A DNA stretch of 59,310 nucleotides, the filler included, from Trypethelium eluteriae (lineage: Eukaryota): assembly GCA_051942245.1 (NCBI GenBank). It is 4 parts of 4 records of this genome, joined end to end, with 100 filler letters (N's around TTAATTAATTAA, not from the genome) between each part and the next. Parts side by side here need not be neighbours in the genome. Positions count along the whole stretch, not along the records: positions 1 to 14,787 come from JAVECL010000672.1; 3 more parts are not named here. The stretch is one strand, 5' to 3'. This document shows, piece by piece, positions 1-11,966 of this stretch. The notes beneath the pieces were generated by a model. The model made no database searches. It worked only from the letters and a program-made list of their open reading frames with translations, and had not been told where the DNA came from. The position numbers were made by a program, and so were the translations under genes. Numbering within the stretch: position 1 is the first letter of the stretch; each line of letters starts with the position of its first letter.

Positions 1-292
1 GGGGGATGAGGTTGTGGCGAGGGAGTTTGCGTTGACGGAGGTGGGGTTGGGGGAGTGGAAGCAGCAGATGGTGGAGAAGTTGGCGGCGATGGGGAAGAAG
101 GGGGTGGCGAAGAGGGAGGAGATTGAGAGGATGTTGAGTGCGAAGGAGGAAGATATGCGTGCTTGTCTTCGAGTGTTGGATGAGCGGTTTGGGGGAGCGG
201 AGGCGTATATTGAGAGATACTGTGATATGACCAAGCAAGACGTGGCCAAGATAAAAGGGAATCTCATTGTTGAAGAGGCGCCTGTGCTGTAG
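1..292 (+). CDS. Protein tyrosine/serine phosphatase family (Y_phosphatase3-like), C-terminal fragment cut by window/contig start
   Basis: Frame open from base 2: GDEVVAREFALTE resembles the family 'e.ia.dY.LT' motif; ends LDERFGGAEAYIERYCDMTKQDVAKIKGNL, like the 'l.e.yGsv..Yl' C-terminal motif. Catalytic CX5R is not in the window. Confidence 0.65.
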   Translation, partial: GDEVVAREFALTEVGLGEWKQQMVEKLAAMGKKGVAKREEIERMLSAKEEDMRACLRVLDERFGGAEAYIERYCDMTKQDVAKIKGNLIVEEAPVL

Positions 293-556
293 CCTCAGCA
301 GATGCATTGCTTGACGTTGGGTTGCATGTTGGGCATTGGTCATATTGTGTGGAGAACACGAGCAATCAGATTTGGCAAAATTGGTTTATTTTCAAGCATA
401 GAAATAAGAGCACATACCAGTGTGAAATGCTTCAACGGTAGATTATCTACAGTTGCCACTGAGCTACACGTATATCATAAAACATTAGTCCATTTCTCCC
501 AGCTTTTACCATCCTACTTTCTCAAATCTAGTCGCAGCTGCGGGCACCATCAAGTG

Positions 557-1951
557 TCACTGACCTTTCCATCTCATATCGGTGGTCCTCAGCTCTTCAA
601 CCGCCTCCGCAATTTTGTCCAAAGGATCCCCCATCCTCCTATATTCCTCCGCCAACTCAGCCGCCCTTTTCCTATACGTACTTCCCTCCGCTAGAATGTC
701 CAGCACCGCCCTCTCGACCTTCTCCGGTTTCGGAAACTCCTCTCCCAGATTAATCGCCGCTCCGCTCCAGGCGACCCTCGCGTTCGTCGCCGTGTGATCC
801 TTCCCCTCTCCCGCCAAGATCATCGGAACCCCCAGATACAGCGCCTGCTGCACAGCACCATAGCCACCATTCGTGATCGCAATGTCTGTATGCTTAAAGA
901 GCTCGTGAAAGGGCACAAAGCTTGCAGTGCGCACATTTCGCGGGACCTCAAAGTCCTCTGGCAACGCTTTGACTGTCACAAGAGTGGCGACAATAAGAAC
1001 ATCGAGGTCCGCAAGGGCACGCAGCGTAGGCAAAATGAGCTCTTCCGGGTTTGTGGATTTGGAGCCCTGAGAGACAACGACAAGAGGTCGGGTGTGTGCA
1101 ATTACTTCAGGCCACCAGGAGGGAAGCTGACTGGCTTCGGAGACGGTGCCGAGGGAGTTGCTGCTGCCGGATTTGCGGCCGCCGGTGGTCGGGAGGGCAC
1201 CGACAAAGCGGATGCTTGGGGGGAGATCGCTACGAGGATATTCGATAGAGGGGATGCTCATTTGGAGGAAGCGGTCGGCGAGGACGACTTGGCTATCCAT
1301 GTAGAAGGGGATTCGGGTCGAAGACGATACTCCAAGGGAGCGGAGGATGTTTTCGTAACCGGATTGAAGATTGGCGAAGTTCGCTTCGACTTCTTGCTGA
1401 AGGGCGATGTTGCGCTTGCGACCTTCGTCAGAGGAGTCCGGGGGTAGGCCAGAATTGAAGGGCGGCGTATCGATGCTCTTCATTGCAAGTCTCGCAGTGC
1501 CGATGCCAATTACAGGGACGCGTAATCCGGGGGCTCCGAGTAGGATAGGGGCATTACCTAAGAATCCAGTATCTTGTAGTATTATAATGTGATTCTTGCT
1601 TTGATCTTTATATCTTGTAAGCTGTTCCTGTACGGTCAAATGAGAGTCCTCCACAGGTCCTATTACAAATGTCTTAAACGCATACTCATGTCTCTCTTTC
1701 CCCTGGGGCATGTTCCAAAACTCAGGATGTGTTTCATCAAGCCGGTCCATGTCCAAGTCGGCGCCGGATTTCAGAGGGACAAAATGAGCACCTGTAGATT
1801 CTATGCCTTTGCGATAGACAGAGGCAGTAATGAATGTGACAGGATAACCTCTCTCAATGAGGCCAGCAGCTATTGCGCGCATCTTCTCCACATGACCATA
1901 GCCAGGAAGGCAGGTTATGAGAACCTCCGGTTTCGCCGGATTTGCTACCAT
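557..1951 (-). CDS. UDP-glycosyltransferase, GT1 family (UgtA1/macrolide-glycosyltransferase-like), intronless
   Basis: N-terminal PGYGHV (catalytic His); LPSWW..V....VVVSQGS; C-terminal UDP-binding segment FVPFHELFKHTDIAITNGGYGAVQQAL..GVPMILAG. First ATG at 1951. Confidence 0.92.
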   Translation of the reverse strand: MVANPAKPEVLITCLPGYGHVEKMRAIAAGLIERGYPVTFITASVYRKGIESTGAHFVPLKSGADLDMDRLDETHPEFWNMPQGKERHEYAFKTFVIGPVEDSHLTVQEQLTRYKDQSKNHIIILQDTGFLGNAPILLGAPGLRVPVIGIGTARLAMKSIDTPPFNSGLPPDSSDEGRKRNIALQQEVEANFANLQSGYENILRSLGVSSSTRIPFYMDSQVVLADRFLQMSIPSIEYPRSDLPPSIRFVGALPTTGGRKSGSSNSLGTVSEASQLPSWWPEVIAHTRPLVVVSQGSKSTNPEELILPTLRALADLDVLIVATLVTVKALPEDFEVPRNVRTASFVPFHELFKHTDIAITNGGYGAVQQALYLGVPMILAGEGKDHTATNARVAWSGAAINLGEEFPKPEKVERAVLDILAEGSTYRKRAAELAEEYRRMGDPLDKIAEAVEELRTTDMRWKGQ

Positions 1952-2547
1952 ATTGAAGATGAAAAAAAGCACTAGCAATACAAGAAGCTCTTCCTCAGAA
2001 TCTCAAGAATCTATGTTCTCACTAAGATTTGAAAGATGAAGTCCGTGAAAAACTTACATGAATGAGCTCACCATAGAACTATTTTTATCTCCAGTGGAGG
2101 AAAAAGACGATGCTAGGAGCCGGATCGGAGCAAATATCCGTACCGCATGTGTTCCTCCTACATCTCCAAACAATGCAAGTCATCCCCGCCTGAGACACAG
2201 CGTCCCGATAGTCAAAGAATAAGCGGCCCGCCGTTGCAGAAACAGGTTGCAGAAATTTCTGGAACTTGGTCCTTGCGTCGCCAAAGCTATGATCAAGTTC
2301 AGGGGGCCGCGGCTGAGAGAATGCCTCAGCCACCGGCCAACACGACCAGCGCCTTAGCCGTCCGTGCCGTCATACATCTACTGTCGGATCTGCCCGGATT
2401 CCGTGAAAATGGCGAAGGCATACTCTGGAATGCGCTGTTCGAAGACTCTACACTGTCAAAGAAGGCGAAGACAGGCGCGTAGGGAAGATTTCCGGGCTCT
2501 AGGTTTCGAGGTGAGAGGTGTGCGAACAGGACGAACTGTGGATCCAA

Positions 2548-4407
2548 ATGTCGCTTTCTTCGCGCGATAAAAGCAAATCAGAGCTCGATAATTCTGAGGC
2601 TTCCGATGCTGGAATCAATGAACATGTGGACGATGACCCATTTATAAAATATCGACAACATGGACAGGATCCTGGCTCACAGCGCAATCCTGGCCCAGCA
2701 GAGAAAGAGCAGGAGGACTTTTTCCCAGATGAGTCTAATGACATGCCGCATCGATTCAGTAGGGACGAAAAGGAAGATGAAGAGCCCTTGATAGCTTCTA
2801 CTTTGCCTGAATCTTCTTCCTCTCCACCGCCGAAGAATGACAAGCCGGTATCATGGGCTTCTCTTCCTCGGAAGGGACAACTCGCCATACTCACATTTGC
2901 ACGGTTCTCAGAGCCATTGGCGCAAACATCTCTGATGGCTTACATGTTCTACCAACTGAGATGGTTTGATCCCTCATTGCCGGACTCAACCATCTCCTGG
3001 CAAGCTGGGATTCTCCAAGCAAGCTTCAGTGCTGCGCAATTTTTCACCGCCGCCTTGTGGGGCAAAGCTGCCGATCACATTGGAAGGAAACCAGTTGTTC
3101 TCATCGGATTGACTGGGCTCTGCCTGTCATGTTTTGCATATGCTTTCTCAACAAGCTTCGTCCTGGCGGTGGTGATCCGGTCCGCCGGTGGCGCACTGAA
3201 TGGCAACGTAGGACTGATGCGGACAATGATCTCGGAGATTGTGCCAGAGAAAAAATATCAGTCTCGAGCTTTTCTGCTGCTGCCGACTTTCCTCAATATC
3301 GGTGGTATCCTTGGTCCAATTATTGGCGGCTTTTTCGCCGATCCTTTCAATAATCTACCTCGAATCTTTGGCCCCAACTCACTATTTGGAGGCTCGGATG
3401 GCATCTCGTGGATGGAACGATGGCCTTATGCACTACCCAATCTCCTGACCGGAACAGTTTTGCTCACTGCCATTACTTTGGTCTTTCTAGGATTGGAGGA
3501 GACGCACGAACAGATTAAGCATCGACCAGATCGGGGCCGACAGATCGCGAGGTACTTCCAGAGTCTGTTGTCGATTCGCAGATCACAATCGAGATACATC
3601 CTACTCAATAATGATCCCGAAATAAATGCAAACATGGCATCAGAGAATACCCAGACCATCAATCCTAATGGTTCTGATCCATCTGAAAAGGAAGCTTCAC
3701 CATCAGATACGCCAAAACCATCTTTCCGTCAAATATGGACCCGCAACGTGGTCTTATCACTCGCCTCACACTTCTTTCTCATCTTCAATATTGCCACGTT
3801 CAACGCCTTACTCTTTACTTTCCTCCCAACTCCACGCTCGTCTCCAGCAACCAGCTCTGCCGAAACCTCAACCTCCCATCTCTCCGGTGGCCTTGGCCTT
3901 TCCGAGTCCAACGTCGGCCTTGCCACAGCCCTGATCGGTCTCCTCGGCTTTCCACTCCAACTCCTTCTCTACCCTGCTCTCCAATCTCGCTTCGGTACTC
4001 TAAGATGCTACAAGCTCTTTCTCCCCTCCTCTGCTATTGCCGCGTTTCTCACTCCATTGCTGGTCCGCCTTCCTAACCGTCCCTGGGCAACCTGGCCGTC
4101 TTTGGTAGTCGTGCTTGCGCTGGAAGTCTTGGCCAGAACTTTGGCCCTTCCTGGAAGCATCATCTTGATCAATGAGAGCGTCCCAATGGCACGAGTTAAA
4201 GGCTTGGTTCATGGAGTTGGACAAAGCGTAGCGAGTGCAGGGAAGACGGTGGGCCCGGTCCTGGGAGGTTGGGGATTGAGTATGGGCCTTCAACACAATG
4301 CTGTGGGAGCAGTTTGGTGGGCTCTCGGAGGTGTGACATTGTTTGGCTGGGTGTGTGCCTGGGCCATTCGAGAGAAAAAGGAGGATGAGAATGCAGGCAC
4401 CGTTTGA
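2548..4407 (+). CDS. MFS transporter (YCR023C/ZIF1-like), intronless
   Basis: About 12 hydrophobic helices, motif A WGKAADHIGRKPV, LPRKGQLAIL..ARFSEPL, RTMISEIVPEKKYQSRAFLLLP, GKTVGPVLGG. ATG at 2548. Confidence 0.93.
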   Translation: MSLSSRDKSKSELDNSEASDAGINEHVDDDPFIKYRQHGQDPGSQRNPGPAEKEQEDFFPDESNDMPHRFSRDEKEDEEPLIASTLPESSSSPPPKNDKPVSWASLPRKGQLAILTFARFSEPLAQTSLMAYMFYQLRWFDPSLPDSTISWQAGILQASFSAAQFFTAALWGKAADHIGRKPVVLIGLTGLCLSCFAYAFSTSFVLAVVIRSAGGALNGNVGLMRTMISEIVPEKKYQSRAFLLLPTFLNIGGILGPIIGGFFADPFNNLPRIFGPNSLFGGSDGISWMERWPYALPNLLTGTVLLTAITLVFLGLEETHEQIKHRPDRGRQIARYFQSLLSIRRSQSRYILLNNDPEINANMASENTQTINPNGSDPSEKEASPSDTPKPSFRQIWTRNVVLSLASHFFLIFNIATFNALLFTFLPTPRSSPATSSAETSTSHLSGGLGLSESNVGLATALIGLLGFPLQLLLYPALQSRFGTLRCYKLFLPSSAIAAFLTPLLVRLPNRPWATWPSLVVVLALEVLARTLALPGSIILINESVPMARVKGLVHGVGQSVASAGKTVGPVLGGWGLSMGLQHNAVGAVWWALGGVTLFGWVCAWAIREKKEDENAGTV

Positions 4408-5080
4408 CGATTTTTGGGTAACGGGAAGATTTATTTTCCAGATCTCTACCTAAATCATCCATTTTGCTCATTACAATCTTTATGATCTAGGCGAAGATGT
4501 CACCTACGGGGCCAGTGCTCAAACTTAGGAATAACAAAGGCCGCCTAAATTAGAGTAGACATGTGGGTAGAATAGACTCAACGATAGATTCTCGTTGAAT
4601 ACCTCGCAAGGGTTCGTAGAACCTCTCTGTTCATGCGTAGTAGAGATACGATCAGATCTGCATGTTTTTTTGTCTGTTTTCGTGGAAAATTTATTCTGTC
4701 GAGGCTGTAGGTTATTCAGGATGTGCGGAAGTGCATTCGCTCAACCCCCAGAACAAGCTTCTAGAGAAGGGCGCGAAGGCTGGTGCCAAAAGGATCGGAC
4801 CGCGGGCCGTGCGCTTGCTAACTGGTGTGGGATAGGAACTAGCCGTACGGGTGCACAGGCCACGAGCCTCTATGCAGCTAGCTCTCTAGCTCTAGAGCCA
4901 ACAATCCATCCTGTTCTCCGATTCTGATCTCTCCGGAGCCCAAAGGTCTGCTCAACGATCCTAAGCACCCCTTCCATCTGCCAACGACATCAGCTAACTC
5001 ATTGGTTAAATAGTTGACCGAGGTTTTGTCTGCTGTTTCGACCGAGCGACACCTGTTGCGTCAGATGAGAGAAAATTGAT

Positions 5081-8000
5081 ATGGCGGACCAGTCTGAACT
5101 TCAAATATTCTGGCAGGATGCGATCAAGGCTTACAAATCGGAGGCCGAGCATTCGGCAGCGACGTGGAATAGGAGTGTGCCTCTAAACACTCCCGAAGAT
5201 TTGGCGAACTTGATCGAAAGGCAGGGACAATCATTCAAAGATTTTCGTAACAAGCATCGAAAGGTCTGGTCATGCCTCAAACGAACATTGGATCCGATCA
5301 CTACTTTAGGAGACATTATTAGCGTCATTCTCGGAGCAGTGCCAGTGAGCGTACCAGCCACTGTCATCCTAGGCAGTGTCCTACATCTGGTGAGTACCTG
5401 CCAAGATGTCGCAAACGCCTACGATTGGATCCAAACCGTATTTGCGGAACTCGACGAATTCGCCCGGCGCTTGCAGAGCTATACATCCACAGGTCGTTCC
5501 GGTGAGTGTGCTTACGTCTTGCAGCGTCTTGCCACAATGCAAATTAGCATTCGCTTTATACGGCGCTCTGTGATGTGGATGCTATCAGAAGTTTCAAGCT
5601 CGTTGATACTGTCATCAATCTTTTTTCACTTAGCAAAATCACTGAATCACGAGGTCTGATTCTCCTCACACCTACATGTCAAGTGCAGTCTCTCTATCTA
5701 AAATTTGAGATGTGGGATGCCATTTGACTCTTCCGTTGCAAGCGGCATACTCTGTCTTACCTTCCCTCCTTGAGCCTAAGAATGATCGCCAAAGGGCAAA
5801 TGTCAACGATACATGTGACCATTTGTGAACATTCCCAGATCGTCCTATACACTAACAGTCCTCGCATCCTGCAGATACAACGAACGGCACAAAGGGAGAG
5901 ATTCCCGACGTCCTACGGCGTAAAATCATTGCGATACTAGCCTTTATTCTACGGGTTATTGGTCGCTCCGAGAGATTGAGAAGAAGAAATAGGTTCCGCG
6001 AATACTTGAGGGTAACCTTTATCGGCAAAGATGAGAAGACCAAAGCTCTCGTTGAGGACTTGAACCAGCTACTGGCTAATGAGCAGCGGCTTGTTGTTGC
6101 ACTGACTTACGAGAAGACTGAGGAAGTAGCAGCACTCGCAGGCAACGCCGTGAACATTGGGGCCGAGACCCAAGGGGTTGTGAACGACATGCACGAAACT
6201 GTCAACAGATTAGCAGATGCCGTTGAAGACCAGGCGATAAAGCGACTGAACGAGCAGCAGATAACGAATTTAAGAGCTGTCTTGAACACAACTGCAGTTG
6301 ACGAAACCAACGATTGGTATTCGCTACTCAAGAAGTCGCTACTACAAGGCAGCGGTGCCTGGTTGCAACGAGAACCATTCTTCGATTATTGGTTACAACA
6401 CCAAGCCCCGGTCTGATGGGTCTTTGGAGGACCTGGAGCGGGAAAGTCGATGTTATCAGCGTGGCTATCGAAATCATTACTCGAAAAATCCCAATCTTCT
6501 GCGGATGACATCTCCGGAGCGAGCATTGGCTATTTTTTCATCGAAGAGAATAAGGACAGTTCGCGGAATCTAAACATCATTCTGCAAACTTTGGCGTGGC
6601 AAATTCTGGAAACAGATACAGCCTTTCGAAGCCACGCTGTGCTTGCTTGTGAGCTCAGTCGGAACACGGCAAGAGCGGAAGACACGTGGGAAAATTTGTT
6701 TTTGAACTACTATCAACCACGCAATGAGGTTAAAGAATGTCGGCGAGCTATATTAATTCTTGATGGGCTGGATGAAGCTGATCAAGGGACCCGACAGCGT
6801 TTGCTGGAGATGATGAAAGCTTATATATCCCGTATACGCTCTAATCAACCACATCGAATACAATTTGCGGTGTTCGGCCGGACAACATTGCGTTCAGATC
6901 TCAAAAAACTCCGTTTCGACAACGTTGAGAAGGCTATCGAAGTATCCTCGAAAAAAAATGAAGAAGATATAAAGAATTATATTGAGTTTCGCCTTAAGAA
7001 GCTCAGCGTTATCCAAGCAATGCGAACAAAAAAGGGAGCAAATAGTGCTGACAAGGCCAAAAAATTTGCTCATGGGATTCGCAAAAAGGTAATTCGACGG
7101 CGCAGATGGCGTCTTTCTGTGGGCACAACTGCTTTTGGATGAAATAGAGGGCAAGGATGAAGCAGAAATCAACAAAATCCTTGCAAACCCCCCGCAAGAT
7201 CTCTACGAAATGATATATCACGTTTTCAGCCGTCTATCCAAAGACTTAGAAATGGAGCTGGAGAATACAAAAAAGATTTTGACATGGATCTCGTTCGCCT
7301 AGCGTGACTTGAAGTTCGGCGAAATTGACGTGATTTTGCGAATAGACTCTCCAACAACAAATTGGTTGCTGTGGGACCATCTGCGGGATAAATTTTCTTC
7401 CATTTTGCGCTTCCGCTATCCATGCGGCTACGACCCGGACGCAGTTGCGCCAATTCCTGCAACCAACAATGTCGATGCTGATGAAACAGCTCAGAGCGAG
7501 AAAATGGCTGTGGAGGAAGACCACGATGATGCTGTAAGTTAATCTTTTGTAAGGTCATGGTATGCCATTGCAAATGCCCTGACAATCCGATCTAGGTAGG
7601 TAGTAATGCAACGGCTGACATCGCCGACAATGACGATGATTTTGACCTTGGAGACGACAGCGATGAAGACGCTGACCAAGCCTCTTCAGGAGACGATGAT
7701 GACGACAAGGATAGTAAAGAAGATGACAACGAAGACGAAGACAGCAAGACGCAGACTGAATCTAAAGCCGCTGACGAAACGCAGGAAGCAGATTATCACT
7801 ATGAGTGAAATCAGAGGCAGACTGAGATTGATTTCACTCATCAGCGCTTTAGGGAATACTTGAGAATTGAAGGCGATCAGAAAACGCGAAAGAAGAAGGA
7901 CTTGCCCATAAACCTCGATATCCACAAGGTACAGCTTGAGCTGACACTCGACTGCTTCAAAATGCTTCGCCTTGGTAGTCAACGAGGTGTGTATCTTCGA

Positions 8001-11000
8001 CTTGTTCAATGTCCAAAGTTCCTCGAGGATTCCCTTTGCTGGCATCCTGCAGCTCACGAAAATGTATTCTCTTGAGAATTTGCTGGGCGATCTGTTGGAC
8101 TGGTTGCAAGAGCTGTTGCCGCACGCGCAACTTTTTTAACTCAATCGCAAGCTTGATATTTCTTCCACAGATTCTAACAGAGGAGAAATAGGAGTTCTTT
8201 AAATCATGAAATGCTGACGGGCAGACTTGCTAACTGTCTGTTTAAGATTTCGCGCCCATCCATTACTTTTCGTACCCAGCATTCTACATCTTCGATCATT
8301 TAGACCAAATCGATATTGCCTGCGTAGGGCAGCACGCTGGTTACTCCACTGACACAATCTCTATGTGAGTCATGATATATAAAGAACGTATTCTTCTTGT
8401 CTAGACTAATGAATATTGTCAGGCACCAAACGTCATCAACGCGAGACCATGACACAGACCGCGAATGTGATGACGTCAAGCGCAAAATGACTACTGTCTG
8501 CTCAGAGCTTTTCTGGCTCTTACATGAGGAAGAAGGATGCAGGGCTATCATCAATTCTCTCGATGCAAGGACAGACGGCGAACCGGACATGTTCTGGCAG
8601 TTGTGGCTGGGACATCAGCGGAAAACTCCAGTGATGCAACGGTGGCTTGATATTGCTAGCAAAGATACAACTTTGGATCAGGAACAGCGAGACTGGTGTG
8701 TGAAAGCCGCCAAGTCTGTGACCGAGTTACTTAACCCTCTAGCGATGACCATGACGAAGATTTGGCTGACTAAGAAGGGATACGACGATGTCGCATATAC
8801 CGACAAGTCAGAATTCCTGGTCTGGTTTCTCAAGGGTTATAGAAGCCTTGGTGACAACGCCGACCTGCCCGAGAAGTTGGCAAACTTCAATTATTCAAGA
8901 GATCTGAGTTTCTACGGATTGGCCGCTTCAGCAATCGAGGATCTCGCCGAGTGTGCTGGCCTCGAGAAGACGTCTCATTGGTACACCGGCTTGGGATGGA
9001 TTCTTTATGAGGCGCGGGAGACTGATCGCGCGATAGAGATACTGGGCAAAGCAATTGAGCTAGTGAGTGCATGTTCGCATTTCTATTTCAGTAAACAGTA
9101 TCTCGAAAGCATTACTTTGAAGTTCCTTTCGGTGTGAGGCATCTTATGTCCAGGAGTGGCAAGCGTTGAGATATATATCTTTCAGATGCTCTGGACACAT
9201 ACGTGACGGGAAATGCTGGCCTAAAAATATCATTCACTCGGGCCGTCATTTATTTGGTGACGAGATATTCATTAGCACCAGCGTCCCGTTAAGTCTTAAT
9301 TTCATGACAGCGATCGGCTTTTGGAAGGTTGTTGGCACTTCGAAGCGTTCTAAATTCGGGCCGCGGACGATAGCTGCGACCTTGGCAGTTTCATCTCATG
9401 TTTTGGTCAAAGTGCTGTAATACTAACTTCGAACGATTTGCAGGACCACCAAGCTTGGGTACCAATGGAAGCTACGGCCCGCGCTTATGCGGAGGCAAAG
9501 AGAGATTACGAGACTGCCATTGAATGGATGAATAAGGCTCTTGAAGTTATGCCGAAGTATTTTAAAGACACAAACGTTGATTCGTATATCCTTCAGAATG
9601 TGGCAGGATGGAAGCAACAATTAGGAGATTATTCAGGAGCATTTCAAATCGCGAAAGACGCTTGGTATGCTAATGCAGCGAGTATGCCTTGCGCCCACCG
9701 CTACATCATGGCATGCATTGACGCGGAATGTTGGTGGGAGATCATCGACGTCCTGGGATATCTTGACACATGGAACACAGGAAATGATAAAGGTGGCAGT
9801 ACCTATTTGATCCAATTCATGAGCAATTACCTGCTCCCATGGAGAATCGGGTGGGCTGTCCGAGACCAGAAGCAGCCCGTGTTTCTTCTCGACGCAATGG
9901 ATGATACTCTCGCGGTTATCTCACAGACTAATCATGACGCGTTATTGATTCATCATCTTTTCCACTATGGTAAATTCAGCTACACATTCTACGACAAGGA
10001 CGATCGACCGATAGGCCTCTATGAAGAGGCCTTGACTCGGTTGAAGTCTTCAGACACGTCAACACAGGATGAATTTTCTGAACATAAGGTCACGTTCACC
10101 AACAAACTTGCTTTGCTCTATTTCGACCTGGCAGTCCAGGAGCATAAGGCAGGACGCGATCCAGCCGAACACGCCAACAAGCTTAAGCGTCTTGCAACTA
10201 TAGCAGGCTTCACCGTCGGTTCAGAGGAACAGTCTTTCTTCCTGTACACACCTGGCTACCCATCCTTACTTTGGGGTCGATGGCTGCGAGACTATGAAAA
10301 AGCGGATACAAGAACGTGGAGGAAGTGTTTTCGGAGCAGACTTCTAGAACAAATAAAGGGTCTTGATGATGATGATCCGACTAATGATACAAGGGCATAC
10401 ATAAATCTGGCCTCCAGCCTTTTCCAGGCCGGTGATCGCGTGAATGCTGGAGCCATTGTGGCTGTCATGTTCAAGACCTTGGAAGAATACATCAAGCAGC
10501 GGGGAAGCGTACAAGCAGCGGCTGCGAATGAGGATCAAATGAACGAGGATAGTCCAGAAACTGAGTCTTTACAGACCGCTGGGTCTGATCGCCCACCAAA
10601 CACCCAATACACCACTCAACTGAAAGATGAAGCTGAGAAAGCAGAGGGCGAGGAAAGAGGGACTGATGACCATCTGCCACAAGCCGCAGGCCCTGAACCA
10701 CCTCCTGCCTTAAGCCACAGAATACTACTATCAAGGGCAGATGGAACACGTATTTCTCTCCTTCAGTATTGACATTGGTCTCATTTTGCTAACTCACATC
10801 ACATAGCCGTCGAAGCGCTTGCCGAGAAGATCGCCCCATCGACGGGAGAAGCTCCGCTCTCCGGCATACCATTTCCCCGAGCGATCCCGACACAAAAGCC
10901 ACGCGAGCGTGCCAAGCTCACCTTGCACCTTGAGTCCGACATATGGGAATATACGTGCGACCTGTGCGGCTACGACGCGGAAGACAAGGGATCGATGTAC

Positions 11001-11243
11001 TTCTGCGAGATTTGCCTGGACACGAGTTTCTGTGGCGAGTGCCTAACGAAAATCAAGGCGCGCAGCTCAAACGTACGGATGTGCAACCCGGACCACGAGT
11101 GGTACCAGGTGTGGCCGTTAAACCAGGACAAAGTGCGTGAGATGGCCGAAGATCTGGGCATGGAGCGGGACGATGGCGAGATCGTCCTCGAGCTGAAGCG
11201 CGAATGGCTCGAAGCGCTGCGGGAGAAATGGTTGATTGAGTGA
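5081..11243 (+). pseudogene. Disabled NLR-like gene: Goodbye-like N-terminus, NACHT, TPR-like helical region, C-terminal ZZ-type zinc finger
   Basis: Exons 5081-5501, 5875-7533, 7596-7986, 8247-8364, 8423-9062, 9444-10749, 10807-11243; all introns GT-AG with matching phases. Walker A GGPGAGKS, Walker B ILILDGLDE, GADGVFLWAQL, CDLC...YFCEIC...FCGEC...CNPDH. In-frame stops TGA 6414, TAG 7300, TGA 7806 and a +1 frameshift near 7089-7096. Confidence 0.85.
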
Positions 11244-11966
11244 ATGGATTAATAATGAATGAATGAATGAATTATGTTCTGAGGATGCTTGGGGGGAAGC
11301 GCCTGCGCAATGCGTCTAGACTGCACGATTACCCACCTACACGACAATCGAGCAAAATGCGATGATAGTTAATCACCTTTCATGCGGACAAGAGCAGACC
11401 GAGCCCGATCATTGTGTTCTATTGTAGCTTTTGGAGATACTACTTCCCCAACCACTTACACGCCATGCCTGAGCCATGCCTGAGCCCACCTGAGGACCTC
11501 GACTTCATACTCCCAGACATTGTTCCATCACTTAGGACCCAAAGATGATGCCCCGCCCTTGCCCCCCTCCTTCGCGTCGACATCAGTACCGAATCGACTT
11601 CAATCATCGATCTCCTATCTTGTCGCTTGCCTAACACGAAGTATTCCGCCTGATCAGCATGGTATAAATTTTCTGCAAAGCGAAATGAAAGGACAGCTAG
11701 CCTCACGGTATCTTAGAACTCTTGGTCAATCCAGATCTACTCTACAACAATGATATAAACATTAAATCCAGCCTATCGACACCAAGAAGCAGCCAATTTG
11801 TCCTTCTTCTCTTGTCGGCGGATCTCAGCCTGTAGATAGATTTCGCGATAGATATTGAAAATTATCTACGGTAAGTATGATTTGGAACTAAAAAAATGTA
11901 TTTGCCGTAACATCTGAGTTCTTTCAGTGGGTGAAAGCAGTGATACGTCAAGATTATGAACTGATT

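Noticed and set aside
6414..7808. NLR stops as programmed readthrough, selenocysteine or alternative genetic code
   Set aside because: Mixed TGA and TAG plus a frameshift; other genes in the window use TGA and TAG as normal stops.
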